DNA from: Octopus vulgaris | Taxonomy: Eukaryota | Assembly: GCA_951406725.2 (NCBI GenBank) | Contig: OX597817.1 | Span: 8,494,001 to 8,558,000 of the forward strand | Length of the DNA: 64,000 nucleotides | Direction of reading: 5' to 3' | Part shown: positions 40,727 through 55,087 of the stretch, one piece after another | How positions within the stretch are numbered: position 1 is the first letter of the stretch | How the letters are laid out: every line of letters starts with the position of its first letter | Program-made: the position numbers and the translations under genes | The notes under the pieces: model-generated | The model's database searches: none | Told to the model about the DNA's origin: nothing | Seen by the model: the letters and a program-made list of their open reading frames with translations, nothing else

Positions 40727-41135
40727 GGCGCAGGAGTGGCTGTGTGGTAAGTAGCTTGCTAACCAACCACATGGTTCCGGGTTCAGTCCCACTGCGTGGC
40801 ATCTTGGGCAAGTGTCTTCTGCTATAGCCCCGGGTCGACCAATGCCTTGTGAGTGGATTTGGTAGACGGAAACTGAAAGAAGCCTGTCGTATATATGTAT
40901 ATATATATGCGTGTGTGTGTTTGTGCGTCTGTGTTTGACCCCCTAGCATCGCTTGACAACCGATGCTGGTGTGTTTACGTCCCCGTCACTTAGCGGTTCG
41001 GCAAAAAAGAGACCGATAGAATAAGTACTGGGCTTACAAAGAATAAGTCCCGGGGTCGAGTTGCTCGATTAAAGGCGGTGCTCCAGCATGGCCGCAGTCA
41101 AATGACTGAAACAAGTAAAAGAGAAAAGAGAAAGA
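40727..41135 (+). mobile_element. SINE family A
   Basis: Full-length match. Confidence 0.93.
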
Positions 41136-41177
41136 GAGAACCGTTCTTAAATAATTGACTGATATTGATACAAGGTA

Positions 41178-41960
41178 AGGCGGCAATCTAACAGAATTTT
41201 TTTGTTCGCCAGGTAAAATCTTCAGCGGCATTTCGTCCGTCTTTATATTCTGAGTTGAAATTCCGCTGAGATTCATTTTTCCACTCATCCTTTCGGGGTC
41301 GACTAAATAAGTATCACTTGAGCGTGGGGATTGAAGTCATCGACTTACCCGCTCCCCGGAAATTGATGTTGGTACATTTGGGAGAGAGCGAGTTTTTAAT
41401 TATATTGGCATCAATAACTAATTGATGCTTACATTTTATTCTGACCCCCAAAGGGACAAAATGTAAAGTTAGCAATAATAATTCTTTTATAATTTTGCAA
41501 AGGGTTAGCAGTTTGCTAATGTTGGTGTGGGGTGGTTTAGTCGATTACATCGGCCCCAGTGCTCAGAAAGAATGAAAGGCAAAGTCGACCTCGGTGAAAT
41601 TTGATCTCAGAAGCCAGAAGAAATGCCGCCAATCATTTTTGGGAGGTGAGGGGAAACATTTCAAGTCGTTAACGAATTTTTTCAGACTGGTGAGATTGAT
41701 GAAGCTGATGTCCACCCTGGGTGTCTTTAGACCAGTGTTTGTAGGGGGGGGGGGAAGATAATAATAATCCTTTTTAATTTGGGCACAAAGCCAACAGTTC
41801 TGAGGGGAGGAAAATGGTCAATTATATCGACCGCAATCCTTGACTGGTACTTTATTTTATCGACCCCGAGTGGATGAAGAGCAAAGTTGATCATGACAAG
41901 ATTTGAACGGAGAACGTAAAGAGCCGGAAGAAATATCGCTAAGCATTTTGTCCAGCGCAC
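41178..41960. mobile_element. Cluster of three old SINE family C copies (+, -, -)
   Basis: Central domain matches at ~41285, ~41570 and ~41860. Confidence 0.7.
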
Positions 41961-42249
41961 AGCCAGTGGGTCGCAGTTCTGGGGAAGAAGGATTAGAAGG
42001 AAAGTTTATTGCAGATATTGGGAAGTGAAATACATTAAGGGTTACAAGTAGAGGAAAGATAATAGGAATAACTATACGTGGGTGGGAAGAATACATAGGT
42101 AGCTGCAGGAGAGGCCATTACTGTGGTGATAAAACAGATCAGAGATTCTCAAACAGAGAGTCATCTGTAAAGTATTTTTAAAACATAAATCCATATTAAT
42201 GCTTGAGTATCTTGAGAAAGCTGTTTATTCATAATTTTGTTATACTCAT

Positions 42250-42663
42250 TTACTCTTTACTCTTTTACTTGTTTCAGTCATTTGACTGCAGCCATGCTGG
42301 AGCACCGCCTTTAGTCGAGCAACTCGACCCCGGGACTTATTCTTTTTGTAAGCCCAGTACTTATTCTATCGGTCTCTTTTTGCCTAACCGCTAGATGACG
42401 GGTACGTAAACACACCAGCATCAGTTGTCAAGCAATGCTAGGGGAACAAAGACAGACACACAAACACACACACATACATACATATATATATATATATATA
42501 CATATATACGACAGGCTTCTTTTCAGTTTCCGTCTACCAAATCCACTCACAAGACATTGGTCGGCCCGAGGCTATAGCAGAAGACACTTGCCCAAGATGC
42601 CACGCAGTGGGACTGAACCCGGAACCATGTGGTTGGTAGACAAGCTACTTACCACACAGCCAC
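42250..42663 (-). mobile_element. SINE family A
   Basis: Near-full-length match. Confidence 0.92.
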
Positions 42664-43205
42664 ATGATTAATGAAACAAAATATACGACAGTTTTTAAAA
42701 ATTATTTTTACACTTAAACAGATTTTTTCCACCCTTTACATTTAGTTGGTGTAGAGAAAAGTTAATGCACTTGGCCTTTGCTGGATCTCATAGACCAGTA
42801 AAAGTTGTTGCCGCTCATGTGAATGGCAACATTCGAACCTTTGTGAGTGAAGTTGTTACGAATGGGAGGTTGGTCACAACAAAGTGATGGGGATGATGAG
42901 AGAAGAGACGAGCGGGATAGAAGTGCTTGAGTGGAGGTGGTACCAGACCAACAAGTTCCAGCGACCTCAACAGCAACAAGTTGTTTACATTACTGAGTTT
43001 GACGCTTACTGTCATCTGACCTGTTATCGAAAACTACGCCGTGATCTAAGATTAGCCCCTGGCAACGGACTTCTGTGAAAAGAAACAAACTTAAAGCTAT
43101 AACGTATAAAGTGTTTAAGTAGAGCTTATATGAAGAGACACTTGAAAATATAATAAAGTCACTTATTGAAATAGATATTTAATACGTATTCCATATTCTA
43201 ATAGT

Positions 43206-43866
43206 ACATTGTGTTTCTAGCCGATAGACGCCTAGTCATCACGTAATGGCTTCGTCAGGACTGCGAAGAGAAATATCAGATTGTAGCACGTAAGCCAGCG
43301 GCCAAAATATCCGGGAAACAAATACGAATATTTTGTTGTGTCTGGGGAGAGTCATTTTCTTTCAGTGCCTTACGATTATTAAAAAAAGTTGTAAGACGCA
43401 ACGAAAATTTTAGAAAAAATAAATAACTAAATGAGGGGAAACTGAACCGGTGAGTGTGTTAAATAATAAGGTATTAAAAGAGAATGACTCTCACCAGACA
43501 CAGCAAAATGTGCTTCAAGACACGAACTCACATAAAGAATCTTGTAAACCAAATCCATAAGTGAAATAAAATACGAATATGTTTATTATAAATATGCGAA
43601 CACTTTTGTCAAGTATTCCGTATGTTTGCAACGGGTAAAAGTGCTCGAATGGAATTTTCAATTAACTTATAGAAAACAGCAGTTATATCAAAAATATCAA
43701 TAAAATTAAGCCACGTAATAAAATTTATGAGTAAGATATTTTATTTTTCTGCATACGTTGCATTACTGCAAGCAAGAAATACTTATGATTCTCCTTGCAG
43801 TTCGCCATCAATTACGTCATGTGACCAGTAGCATCTGTGGTCATCTGATTACCAGAAACACAATGT
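43206..43866. mobile_element. Old TIR element (MITE-like) hosting fold-back element 2
   Basis: Perfect 13-bp IR ACATTGTGTTTCT / AGAAACACAATGT, with further imperfect inward matches. Confidence 0.5.
43330..43568. mobile_element. Asymmetric fold-back element 2 (~45-bp inverted arms plus 59-nt tail)
   Basis: Arms ~43330-43373 and ~43466-43509; flanking direct repeat AAATACGAATAT at 43320-43331 and 43569-43580; tail homologous to that of element 1. Confidence 0.82.
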
Positions 43867-44113
43867 GTTTAGATAATCTTGTGTATATATCGATTTCAAT
43901 ATGTGCATTCATTTTTCAAGTTTTGTTTTTGTTATAAGCTTTACTGCTTTCTCTCATTTTCTTCTTCTCTCCCTCTCTCTCTACTTATCTCTCTCCGTCT
44001 GCACATACATACATGCATACATACATACATACTTACATACATACACACATACACACATATGTACGTGGCTGTGTACTTATAATAAATACGTCTTCGTTAA
44101 TGCATGCATTTGT

Positions 44114-44376
44114 TTATCACGTGATCACGTGACCGACCAGACCATCAGATGTTGTTACACATTGCTGGTCACAATGCGCTTCGCATTGTTTTAGCCTTCA
44201 GGCGAGCAGGCCAACAGAAGAAAGAGTGTGAGAAAGAGTGGTGAAAGAGTACAGTAGGGATCACCACCCCCTGCCGGAGCCTCGTTGAGCTTTTTAGGTG
44301 TTTTCGCTCAATAAACACTCAACGATCCTACGACCGCGAGTCCGCTGCCTTAACCACTGGGCCATTGCGCGTCCAC
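44114..44376 (-). mobile_element. SINE with a family B head but a different 3' tail
   Basis: Head and body match family B; unrelated tail (GTGACCAGCAATGTGTAACAACATCTGATGG); TSD GCATTTGT at 44106 and 44377. Confidence 0.85.
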
Positions 44377-44438
44377 GCATTTGTATATACTGATATATAA
44401 CATACGTACACACATACAAACACGTGTGTGTACATATG

Positions 44439-44483
<45 letters not shown>

Positions 44484-44715
44484 TGGATTCTTGTTAGAAT
44501 CTAGTGCTTAAAAGAATATGCACCAGGTAGGCAGGTAGGGATGGGAAAACCTGTGTTCCCCACCTATGATCGATTAAATATCGGGATATTCAGGTTGTGC
44601 ACACGAGAAAACCACCTCTACGAATATTAAGTGCCTTGGGGCTTCTAGTAAAAAATGCGTATGAAACAACTGTAATGAGCTGACATTCATCCATCGTCTA
44701 TTATTATTCATTTGC

Positions 44716-45375
<660 letters not shown>

Positions 45376-45391
45376 TATATGTATATTTATA

Positions 45392-45585
45392 TTCGCCATG
45401 ATAGATTGCTAGCCACTACACATTCTTTATATTCTCTCCTTGTTTCTTTCTGTGTTCTTTCCTGTGGAAGAGCGTAGGCTCGAAACGTTAAAGACTTTTC
45501 CACTTCCCGAGCGTTATACTAATACATCTGTTTGTTGTCTACACCACCTGTCTTCGTCTGTTTTTTTTCTGTGAATTCTCCCTAC
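45392..45585 (+). mobile_element. Short Penelope/retrozyme-like element with a hammerhead-like core (45455-45495)
   Basis: CTTTC-CTGTGGA-AGAGC-GTAG-GCTC-GAAACGTTA-AAGA; homologous to 18743-18945; flanked by TA/TG repeats. Confidence 0.65.
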
Positions 45586-45639
45586 ATATATATATATATG
45601 TATGAATACTTCTTTTTCTCCCATAAGTTGCTTTTAAGG

Positions 45640-45850
45640 AGACAAGATGGCAGAATCGTTAGCACACCGAGCAAGATGCTTGGCGCATATCGTCCGTCTC
45701 TACGTTCCGATTTCAAATTGTGCCGAGGTTGACTTTGCCATTCATCTTTTCAGGGTCGATAAAATAAGTACCAGTTGAGCACTGGGGGCGATGTAAACGA
45801 CTAAACCTGTTTTCCGAACATGCTAACTTTCTACCAAAATTTGAAATCAG
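45640..45850 (+). mobile_element. SINE family C (old)
   Basis: Central domain match. Confidence 0.75.
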
Positions 45851-46031
45851 TTTAAAGTTACTTTTCACTGGCTACCTGTTTTCCAGGAAGTTTGTGAAGG
45901 AAAATCTTAAGAAAGTCATGCAGATTTTTCGACTGTAAAACCTTTCAACGCATATCGTAGTGATTATGTATAAGGGTGTTTGAGTATGTATTTGTTGCGT
46001 ATATGGATGTGTATATGCCTGAGTGTAGGTC

Positions 46032-46240
46032 TACTCTTTTACTCTTTTACTTGTTTCAGTCATTTGACTGCGGCCATGCTGGACCACCGCCTTTAGTCGA
46101 GCAACTCGACCTCGGGACTTATTCTTTGTAAGCCCAGTACTTATACTATCGGCCTCTTTTTGCCGAACCACTAAGTGACGGGGACATAAACACACCAGCA
46201 TCGGTTGTCAAGCAATGCTAGGGGGACAAACACAGACACA

Positions 46241-46280
<40 letters not shown>

Positions 46281-46425
46281 TATATACGACAGGCTTCTTT
46301 CAGTTTCCGTCTACCAAATTCACTCACAAGGCATTGGTCGGCCCGGGGCTATAGCAGAAGACACTTGCCCAAGATGCCACGCAGTGAGACTGAACCCGGA
46401 ACCATGTGGTTGATTAGCAAGCTAC
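46032..46425 (-). mobile_element. SINE family A (head truncated)
   Basis: Match to family A. Confidence 0.9.
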
Positions 46426-46567
46426 CAGATAGAATGCTTTTGATCATTGACCTGCTCGATGAGGGATGATTGGGGCTAAATAGCAACAACAACAACTGAG
46501 TGTATATAAACGCTCGTATGTTTCCAAACTAGACCAATTCATTGAACGCAGGAACAATTATGTCTTT

Positions 46568-46838
46568 AATCTTTTATCTTTTACTGGTTTCAGTCATTGG
46601 ACGGCAGCCATGCTGGGGTACCGCCGTGAAGAATTTTTAGTCGAATGAATTGACATTACCACTTTTGTTTTAAGCGTGGTATTTATTCTATCGGTATCTT
46701 TTGCTGAACTGGTAAGTGATGGGAACGTAAGCACACCAACACCGGCTATCAAGTGGTGATGGTAGAGGACAAACACAGACACAAAGATACACACATACCC
46801 ACGCATATACACACACACACACATACACACATACATAT

Positions 46839-46869
<31 letters not shown>

Positions 46870-47020
46870 GCGCAGGAGTGGCTGTGTAGTAAGTAGCTTG
46901 CTTACCAACAGGGCTCAGTCCTACTGAGTGACGCCTTGGGCAAGTGTCTTCTATAGCCTTGAGCCGACGAAAGCCTTGTGAGTGGATTTGGTCTACGGAA
47001 ACTGAAAGAAGCTCGTCGTA

Positions 47021-47103
<83 letters not shown>

Positions 47104-47321
47104 TTGTGTGTGTGTATTTGTCACCCCAACATCGCTTGGCAACCGATGGTGGTGTGTTTACGTCCCCGTAACTTAGCAGTTCGGCAAAAGAGACCGATAG
47201 AATAATTACTAGGCTTACAAAGAATAAATCCTGGGATCGATTTGCTCGACTAAAGGCGGTGCTCCAGCATGTCCGCAGTCAAATAACTGAAACAAGTAAA
47301 AGAGTAAAAGAGTAAAGAGTA

Positions 47322-47377
<56 letters not shown>

Positions 47378-47516
47378 ACGGGCTTCTTTCAGTTTCCGAT
47401 TTCCGGTTTCACTCGCAAGACTTTGATCGGCCCGTGGCTACAGTAGAAGACACATGCCCAATATGTCACACGCTGGGACACATGTGGTTGGAAAATAAGC
47501 TTCTTACCACACAGCA
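46568..47516 (-). mobile_element. Old minus-strand SINE A split by a younger plus-strand SINE A (46870-47320)
   Basis: Tail half 46568-46800 and head half 47376-47516 flank the inner copy, which sits in the host's TA tract. Confidence 0.8.
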
Positions 47517-48064
47517 ATGTATATTACAGAGATATACAAAAACAGACGAGCTGGTCAAGGTTGCGATGTCCTTCGTTATAGGTCAGCCCGATCGGAACTC
47601 ATAGAGAACCAAATAATAACAACAATAAACAAGGAAGATTCAATACAGAATTTGTTCCAGATATATCTGGTTGATAATAAATCGACCAATCCAAAAGTGC
47701 GAAATAATTCCGGGATTGTATCAGTACACAAGCCTTAAAAGTTAAGAGAATTGTTAAATTTGCAAAATGAGATGATAACATTTGGAAACGGATGTACTTA
47801 GTTCGAGGTGTGCAGTTTCCAAGAAAAGCTATTGAGGCATGTTTATAGATAAATTACACGTTTTTGTTTCGTTATTGACACTCTTGTTGTTGTTGTGTTA
47901 TCGTGACAGCTTGATGGAGAGCGTAACCAATACGAAACAATTATATATGAATATGTGTATGTGTGAGTTTGTGTATATATGTGTCGGTCTGCCTGTATGC
48001 ATGTATGTATGTATGTGTGTCTATGTACATATCTATGTATGTATGTATCTCTCTCTCTATCTAT

Positions 48065-48175
<111 letters not shown>

Positions 48176-48229
48176 AGGAGAAGGATGGAGACTAACCTTT
48201 GTTTTATTTCAATGTTTAATATGATGCGT

Positions 48230-48398
48230 GACTTCGCCTGTCATTACGTCCTGAGTTCAAATTCCGCCGAGGTCGACTTTGCCGTTCATCCTTTCGGGGT
48301 CGATAAATTAAGTACCAGTTGCGTACTGGGGTCGATCTAATCGACTGCCCCCCTCCCCCAAAAAATTACGAGCCTTGTACCTAGAGTAGGAAAGAATA
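48230..48398 (+). mobile_element. SINE family C (5'-truncated)
   Basis: Central domain match. Confidence 0.82.
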
Positions 48399-49118
48399 TG
48401 ATGCGTGATTGTACTCACATACGTACATACACACACACACACATACACACACACACCACACACAGACACACGCCACACACACATATGGTTATAAGTATTT
48501 CTTGTGCATACGGTCATGTATAAACATGTATGTTTCCGCGCTTCTCATTGCCCTGGCATTGAAATACGTTTGCATACATGAACATGTAAGTATGTATGTT
48601 TGTGTGTGTGTGTGTGTGTGTGTACGTGCATATGATAGTGTTTGTATACGTACATAGTAGCGTTTATGCTCTGTTTTTAATTAAAATTATATCACAGGTG
48701 CCGACTGCCTGTGATGAAATCTTAAGTTTTAACATCAACCATATTCTGACCGTATTTCACAGACATGAATTAACTTCCGTTCCCAACGCCCAGAGCATTC
48801 TTCCCCTTCGTTCACATCAGCTGCTTTTTCGAAGTAGGGTCTAAATGAACAACGAGATTACAACAAATCGGGGCGAATCGAAAGAAAGAAAAGAAAAGAA
48901 AAGAAAAGAAAGGAAGAAAAAAAGAATCCCCAGTTATTATGAATATATTATTTTGACTGATATGGAACGGAATTACGTTTCTTAACTTATAACATCCAAA
49001 GGAACAGCTGGTGGTTTCTCTTCTGTAAGCTCTTTTTCAGATGCTGGTATCCTTAATATATACTCAAGACAGACACAGCGAAACACAGTGTATGACAAGG
49101 TTGAATATATGTGCGAAC

Positions 49119-49509
49119 GTATGTATGTATGTATGTATGTATGTATGTATGTATGTATGTATGTATGTATGTATGTATGTATGTATGTATGTATGTATGT
49201 ATGTATGTATGTATGTATGTATGTATGTATGTATGTATGTATGTATGTATGTATGTATATACATATATACATATATGTAAAGGCGGCGAGCTGGCAGAAA
49301 CGTTGGCACGCCGGGCGAAATGCATAGCTGTATTTCGTCTGCCGTTACGTTCTGAGTTCAAATTCCGCCGAGGTCGACTTTGCCTTTCATCCTTTCGGGG
49401 TCGATAAATTAAGTACCAGTTACGCACTGGGATCGATGTAATCGACTTAATCCTTTTGTCTGTCCTTGTTTGTCCCCTCTGTGTTTAGCCCCTTGTGGAT
49501 AATAAAGAA

Positions 49510-49540
<31 letters not shown>

Positions 49541-50015
49541 TGAATGTATGTAGTATGTATGTATGTATGTATGTATTTATGCACGTATGTATGTATGTAT
49601 GTATGTATGTATGTATGCAATAATGTATGTTCTACTTCTAGTTTGTTGAAGTCTCCCCGTAATGAAGGAGCTGGATTCTAACAAATATACCAAGCTCCAT
49701 CGCTGGAATGTAGATAACAAAAACATTATCACTTTCTGAGTTTGAAAAGTCTTACACATTTTTATTGTTCTTCTTATACATTGTATTGTAGTGTGGCGTG
49801 TTTGCTGGTCGATTTCTATTTCTGAAAATCTCAGTTTTTGTATGTATGTATGTATGTATGTATGTATGTATGTATGTATGTATGTATGTATGTATGTATG
49901 TATGTATGTATGTATGTATGTATGTATGTATGTATGTATTTATGTATGTATGTATGTATGTATTTATGTATGTATGTATGTATGTATGTATTATGTATGT
50001 ATGTATGTATGTATG

Positions 50016-50049
<34 letters not shown>

Positions 50050-50067
50050 TGTATGCATGTATGCATG

Positions 50068-50101
<34 letters not shown>

Positions 50102-50239
50102 TGCATGTATGCATGTATGTATGTATGTATGTATGTATGTATGTATGTATGTATGTATGTATGTATGTATGTATGTATGTATGTATGTATGTATGTATGT
50201 ATGTATGTATGTGTGTGTGTGTATGTATGTATGTATGTA

Positions 50240-50270
<31 letters not shown>

Positions 50271-50320
50271 ATGTATGTATGTATGTATGTATGTATGTAT
50301 GTATGTATGTATGTATGTTT
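49119..50320. repeat. Long (TATG)n arrays with embedded SINE C (49282-49512) and a short insert (49625-49840)
   Basis: Direct reading. Confidence 0.95.
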
Positions 50321-50991
50321 GTTTGTACGTATGTGTGTCTGTATCTATCTACACACAGATGCATATATACATAGATACAAACACGTACATGCATACACAG
50401 AAAATATATGCAAAACTTAGAAAGCACCCTCTGGCCAGTTGACTTTTCTCCTAGCTCTTATAGTAATAAGATCGCAAAACTGAATACCCTATAAAAATAA
50501 GAGGACATGAAGTAACATCATTATTTCTTTTTTAATTGCATAAATGAAATTTATGAAGCGAAAGTTCACTCGATACTTTGGGGACTTTGAGCCGCTGGAT
50601 TTTAGCGATTAGTTCAGTTTGAAACTTCACTCTATGATCTGAAATTAAGTTTTCCCAGGGTCTTTTATCTCCTTTCTAGTAGGAATCCATAGGTTTTTGT
50701 TATTCTGGCCTTTAATTGTTTCCACTATATTTCTTCTCTTTACTTCTGGATTTAATGTTTCTATGAGTCTGCCTCGGTCGGTATTTGTATACATATACAA
50801 TATTTTTAATGACTTGCAGGGACACCGTGTTTCATTATGCAACCATAATATACAACTAAGTATATTAAACGCTTTGTAAGTTAATATTGTGTTCTGCTGT
50901 GTTAGCAGTGCTATTAAAACACATGTTTCGGTTATATCTACGAAATGTCGTAACAAATCAATGATGGCTAGAATTTCTATATAAAATCTGT

Positions 50992-51156
50992 AGGCACAAG
51001 CGAGGCTATGTGGTAAGAAGCTTGCTTACCAACCGCATGGTTCTGGGTTCAGTTCCACTGCGTCGCACCTTGGGCAAGTGTCTTCTACTATAGCTACAGC
51101 CCGACTAAGGGCTTCTGAGTGGATTTGGTAGATGGAAACTGAAAGAAGACTGTCGC

Positions 51157-51194
<38 letters not shown>

Positions 51195-51468
51195 GTGTAT
51201 GTGTGTGTGTATGTTTGTGTGTGTATTTATATATGTGTGTGTGTAAGTGTGTATATATCTATGTGTGTGTGTCTTTGTGTTTGTCTTGCATCACCGCTTG
51301 ACAACTTGTGTTAGGGTGTTTATTTTCCCGTAACTTAGCGATAGAATAAGTACTAGGCCTTAAAAAAAGAAGCCCTAGAATCGATTTCTTCGACTAAAAG
51401 TCCTACAAGGCAGTGCTCTGGCACGGCCACAGTCAAATGGCTGAAACAAATAAAAGAATAAAAGAATA
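50992..51468 (+). mobile_element. SINE family A (older copy)
   Basis: Diverged full-length match. Confidence 0.85.
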
Positions 51469-51785
51469 GCCTTAACCAGCAACGTTTTTAACACCATTTC
51501 AATGAAAATGAATAAAATTTTTACCGTCGTCGAATTCGAATTTGACTTTTAAAAGCCGTTTAAAGTAAGTTGACTCACAAATTAAGCATGACGTAAAACG
51601 CGAAACGATATTTAATCTATAAATCGCCCTTTTTCTCCTCATCATAACCCAGCCTCGTCAAAGTTTTCTTCTTGCAGAATGGACAGAGTAAGAACAAAGT
51701 CACCGCTATTTACAAGTTGGAAGTAACTTTTATAATGCGAAAGCTCCAAACTTTATCCTTCAACGCGTTAATGCTGCTGCTGCTG

Positions 51786-51831
<46 letters not shown>

Positions 51832-52112
51832 ATATAGTATTTCTCAGTCAGAGAAAGTGGACCATCTGCCTAAGGAGCCACTGACGTATAAATGAAGTTC
51901 CGGGGCCACATGGTCAGCCCAAATAAACTATTGCATTATACTGTTCACAAGGGTACTTCGTCCATTCATTGTTACCAACAGATACATACATACATACAGA
52001 CAGACAGACAGACATGCATAAATACATACATACATACATACATACATTCATACATACATACATACATACATACATACATACATACACACTTACATATCAT
52101 ATATATATATAT

Positions 52113-52175
<63 letters not shown>

Positions 52176-52850
52176 AGAGTAGTATAAAAATTGGATTCAG
52201 AGAGTCATATTCCACAGTAAGATTCCCAATCAGAATCGGCTATCAGTTGACGAAGTAATCAACGACACACACACAATACACACACACACACATACACACA
52301 CATACACACACGCACGCATGCACACATACACGCGCACGCAATTATTATTCTTTAACAAGAATAATAGATATGCACTCTACAAAAAATATTCAGTAATCCT
52401 TTGGCTTAATGTTAAGATGTTTTTATTATAATTTGACAAAAACAAACATTAATGTGTGCGTGTATGTGTGTATGGGTGTGGTGTGTGTAAGTGTGTGTGT
52501 GTGTGTGTGTATCGACATACACATATATGTGTGTATGTATAATTATGCATGTGTCTGTGCATGTGTGTGTTTGTCTTTAGGAATAACCACACATACACAC
52601 ATGGAACACGTGCACATGCGCTGATAGCACAACCCTAATATCCGCAAAACAGTTAAACGAAGCATACAAAAAGCGGGACATGAAAATAATGACACGAAAT
52701 AGAAGATCCTGTTACTTATCAAAAACAAAATTATCCCATTTGTTTATTCTGAAGTAGAGCATAGCACGAAATTTGCCCTTCTCGGAAGTTTAATATCAAA
52801 TGGATCAGAAAAAGCATGACACAAAACACGAAACGATATTTAGTCTATAA

Positions 52851-53081
52851 GGCGGCAAGCTGGCAGACACGTTAGCACGCCGGGCGAAATGCTTAGCTGT
52901 ATTTCGTCTGTCGCAACGTTCTGAGTTCAAATTCCGCCGAGGTCGACTTTGCCTTTCATCCTTTCGGGGTCGATAAATTAAGTACCAGTTACGCACTGGG
53001 GTCGATGTAATCGACTTAATACCTATGTCTGTCCTTGTTTGTCCCCTCTATGTTTAGCCCCTTGTGGGTAATAAAGAAATA
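52851..53081 (+). mobile_element. SINE family C (young)
   Basis: 16-bp TSD GATATTTAGTCTATAA at 52835-52850 and 53082-53097. Confidence 0.95.
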
Positions 53082-53569
53082 GATATTTAGTCTATAAATC
53101 GCTCTTATTCTCTTCATCCTAACCCACGCCTCGCCAACCCTGAAATTTGAAGATACATACAAATTAGAAGTTTTGAATAGCGGTGTTTATGATACATTCT
53201 AAGAATATCATTATGAAACAGGTGTAGAAATACTTCTGTAAGAAAAGATCTTCAAATAACATGCACCGTTACTGAGGTAATCAAAAGGAAGAGACTGAAA
53301 TGGATCGCATGCTTAGAAGGTCAAGCAGTATTCATAGGGATGGCGTTCTGCCAGGAGTCCCCCAACTCCAGATCCCGGAAGAGATTAAATTTATCGTCCA
53401 AAATATTTCCACCTTCATTGGCAGCATTGACTGAAAAAAGAAACATTTAGGAAATGAGAACGAATGTTGTCCCAAATTAAGCCAATTTGGTCAAAGTATT
53501 CCTTGAAATCCAATCATGTGAATAATATAGATTAAAGTGTGGCAGCAGTTTCAATAAATCTCTATCAGA

Positions 53570-54525
53570 AAATTGAGGATGTTACTTGAGATGTTGGCCG
53601 AACCAGAGTCTTGACCAACATAATGATTACAAGTCGCTACTTAATAGCATAAACAACAACATACTGTTAACAATGAAATACGGTCAAAGTCTTGCACTGT
53701 TCCTGGATATTTTAAACATAAAAAAGATACAAACTTTAAGACTAATATCATTACTACCTGAAAAATCTCTAAACAATAATAAATTTCCTGCCATCCCAAA
53801 CAAGTATATTGTCGTTTCAAATTTTAAAAGACTACAAGAACCGTAATAAATACTACTTCAAAGACAGAACCCAAGAAAGTTAATTAACGAAATAGAATCT
53901 ATCAAAAGAACAGATATTCAAGAAGCTCGGGGGACAAAAAGCAATTGAAATATCACAAATACTCTACCTTACATTACAATACGTATCCGAAAAAACACAG
54001 AAACATACAATATTTCCCATTAAACCTTTCCATAACTGACGCAAGAACGAAGGACAAAAAAGAAAATGCACAAAAATATACAAAATAATCATAAGCAAAA
54101 CACAACAAATATCTCCAAAGAAATTAACAGCGCCAAATTGACAACTAAAAACACAACTCCTATACTCAAAAAGTGTGGTCACTCTAACTGAAAAACCTGT
54201 ATTAACTTTATAAAAGTCACGCTCTATAAATCTAAATTGGGATTATTCTCACTGTAAAATATCACTTCACAAAAATCTAATTTATGATATTAAATGTAAT
54301 AAATTAGCAAAGATTATATAAGAGTAACGAAATTTACCTTGGAAAAGAGACCGCTATTCATTGGCGTCAAATACAAGAGCCATATATCAGACAGATTCCA
54401 CTAAGTGACTATTTAGATTTATGTCTATCAAAAGAATTGTCTTTGTTGCGATAAAATTTCAGATCAACTCCGCACAAATCTAGGAAAATATATTCAGTAA
54501 ACATATAAACCATGACTAAAACAAC
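53570..54525 (+). mobile_element. Heavily decayed Penelope-like retroelement (RT C-terminus plus GIY-YIG endonuclease)
   Basis: TMKY...LFLDIL (FTxE...LPFLD motif); KNLIYDIKC, DYIRVTKFTLEKR and HWRQIQEPYIRQIPLSDYLDLC across frameshifts. Confidence 0.65.
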
Positions 54526-55055
54526 ATATCGAACGGAGTTCACATTCTCACACCCAAGCGCAAAGGGCTATCATATGCACTCATTTATACAAATACACAA
54601 TTTGCTGCCACTCGCATAAATGCCAATAACCTCTTTCTTAGGTATTTTGACAATCTGTTGTTCATATTACACACTCAGTGGATTGAAACATTAACTTTTG
54701 GTACAATTCTCGTCCTTTCTGTCACTTGACTTAGTACATGAATTCTTATCCGTACTGTCCCATAACATATTCACAGCTAAATACAGCCTTGACTTATGGT
54801 GCAAATCTCATTAACGCAGTCGTATTGTCCTCTGGCCTTACGACTCACATCAACCGACAAAATCTCTATCTCACGTAATAGTAATTTGAGTTACAAGCTC
54901 TCCATAAAAAGGAGCGAATTTTTAAACAAGCTTAAGGGCCAACACTGGATCACTCCATCTCACATAACTTTTATTAATTGTGAAATCAGTTAAGCAAATG
55001 TAAATAAATCTTTGTAAAAATTCCAGGTGCATTTTAAAATTCTTTTCATAGGATG

Positions 55056-55087
<32 letters not shown>

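Noticed and set aside
43210-43262. Minus-strand CTGACGA-AGCC...GGCT-AGAAAC hammerhead-like motif
   Set aside because: Extra base before GAAA and no stem I; better explained as part of a TIR
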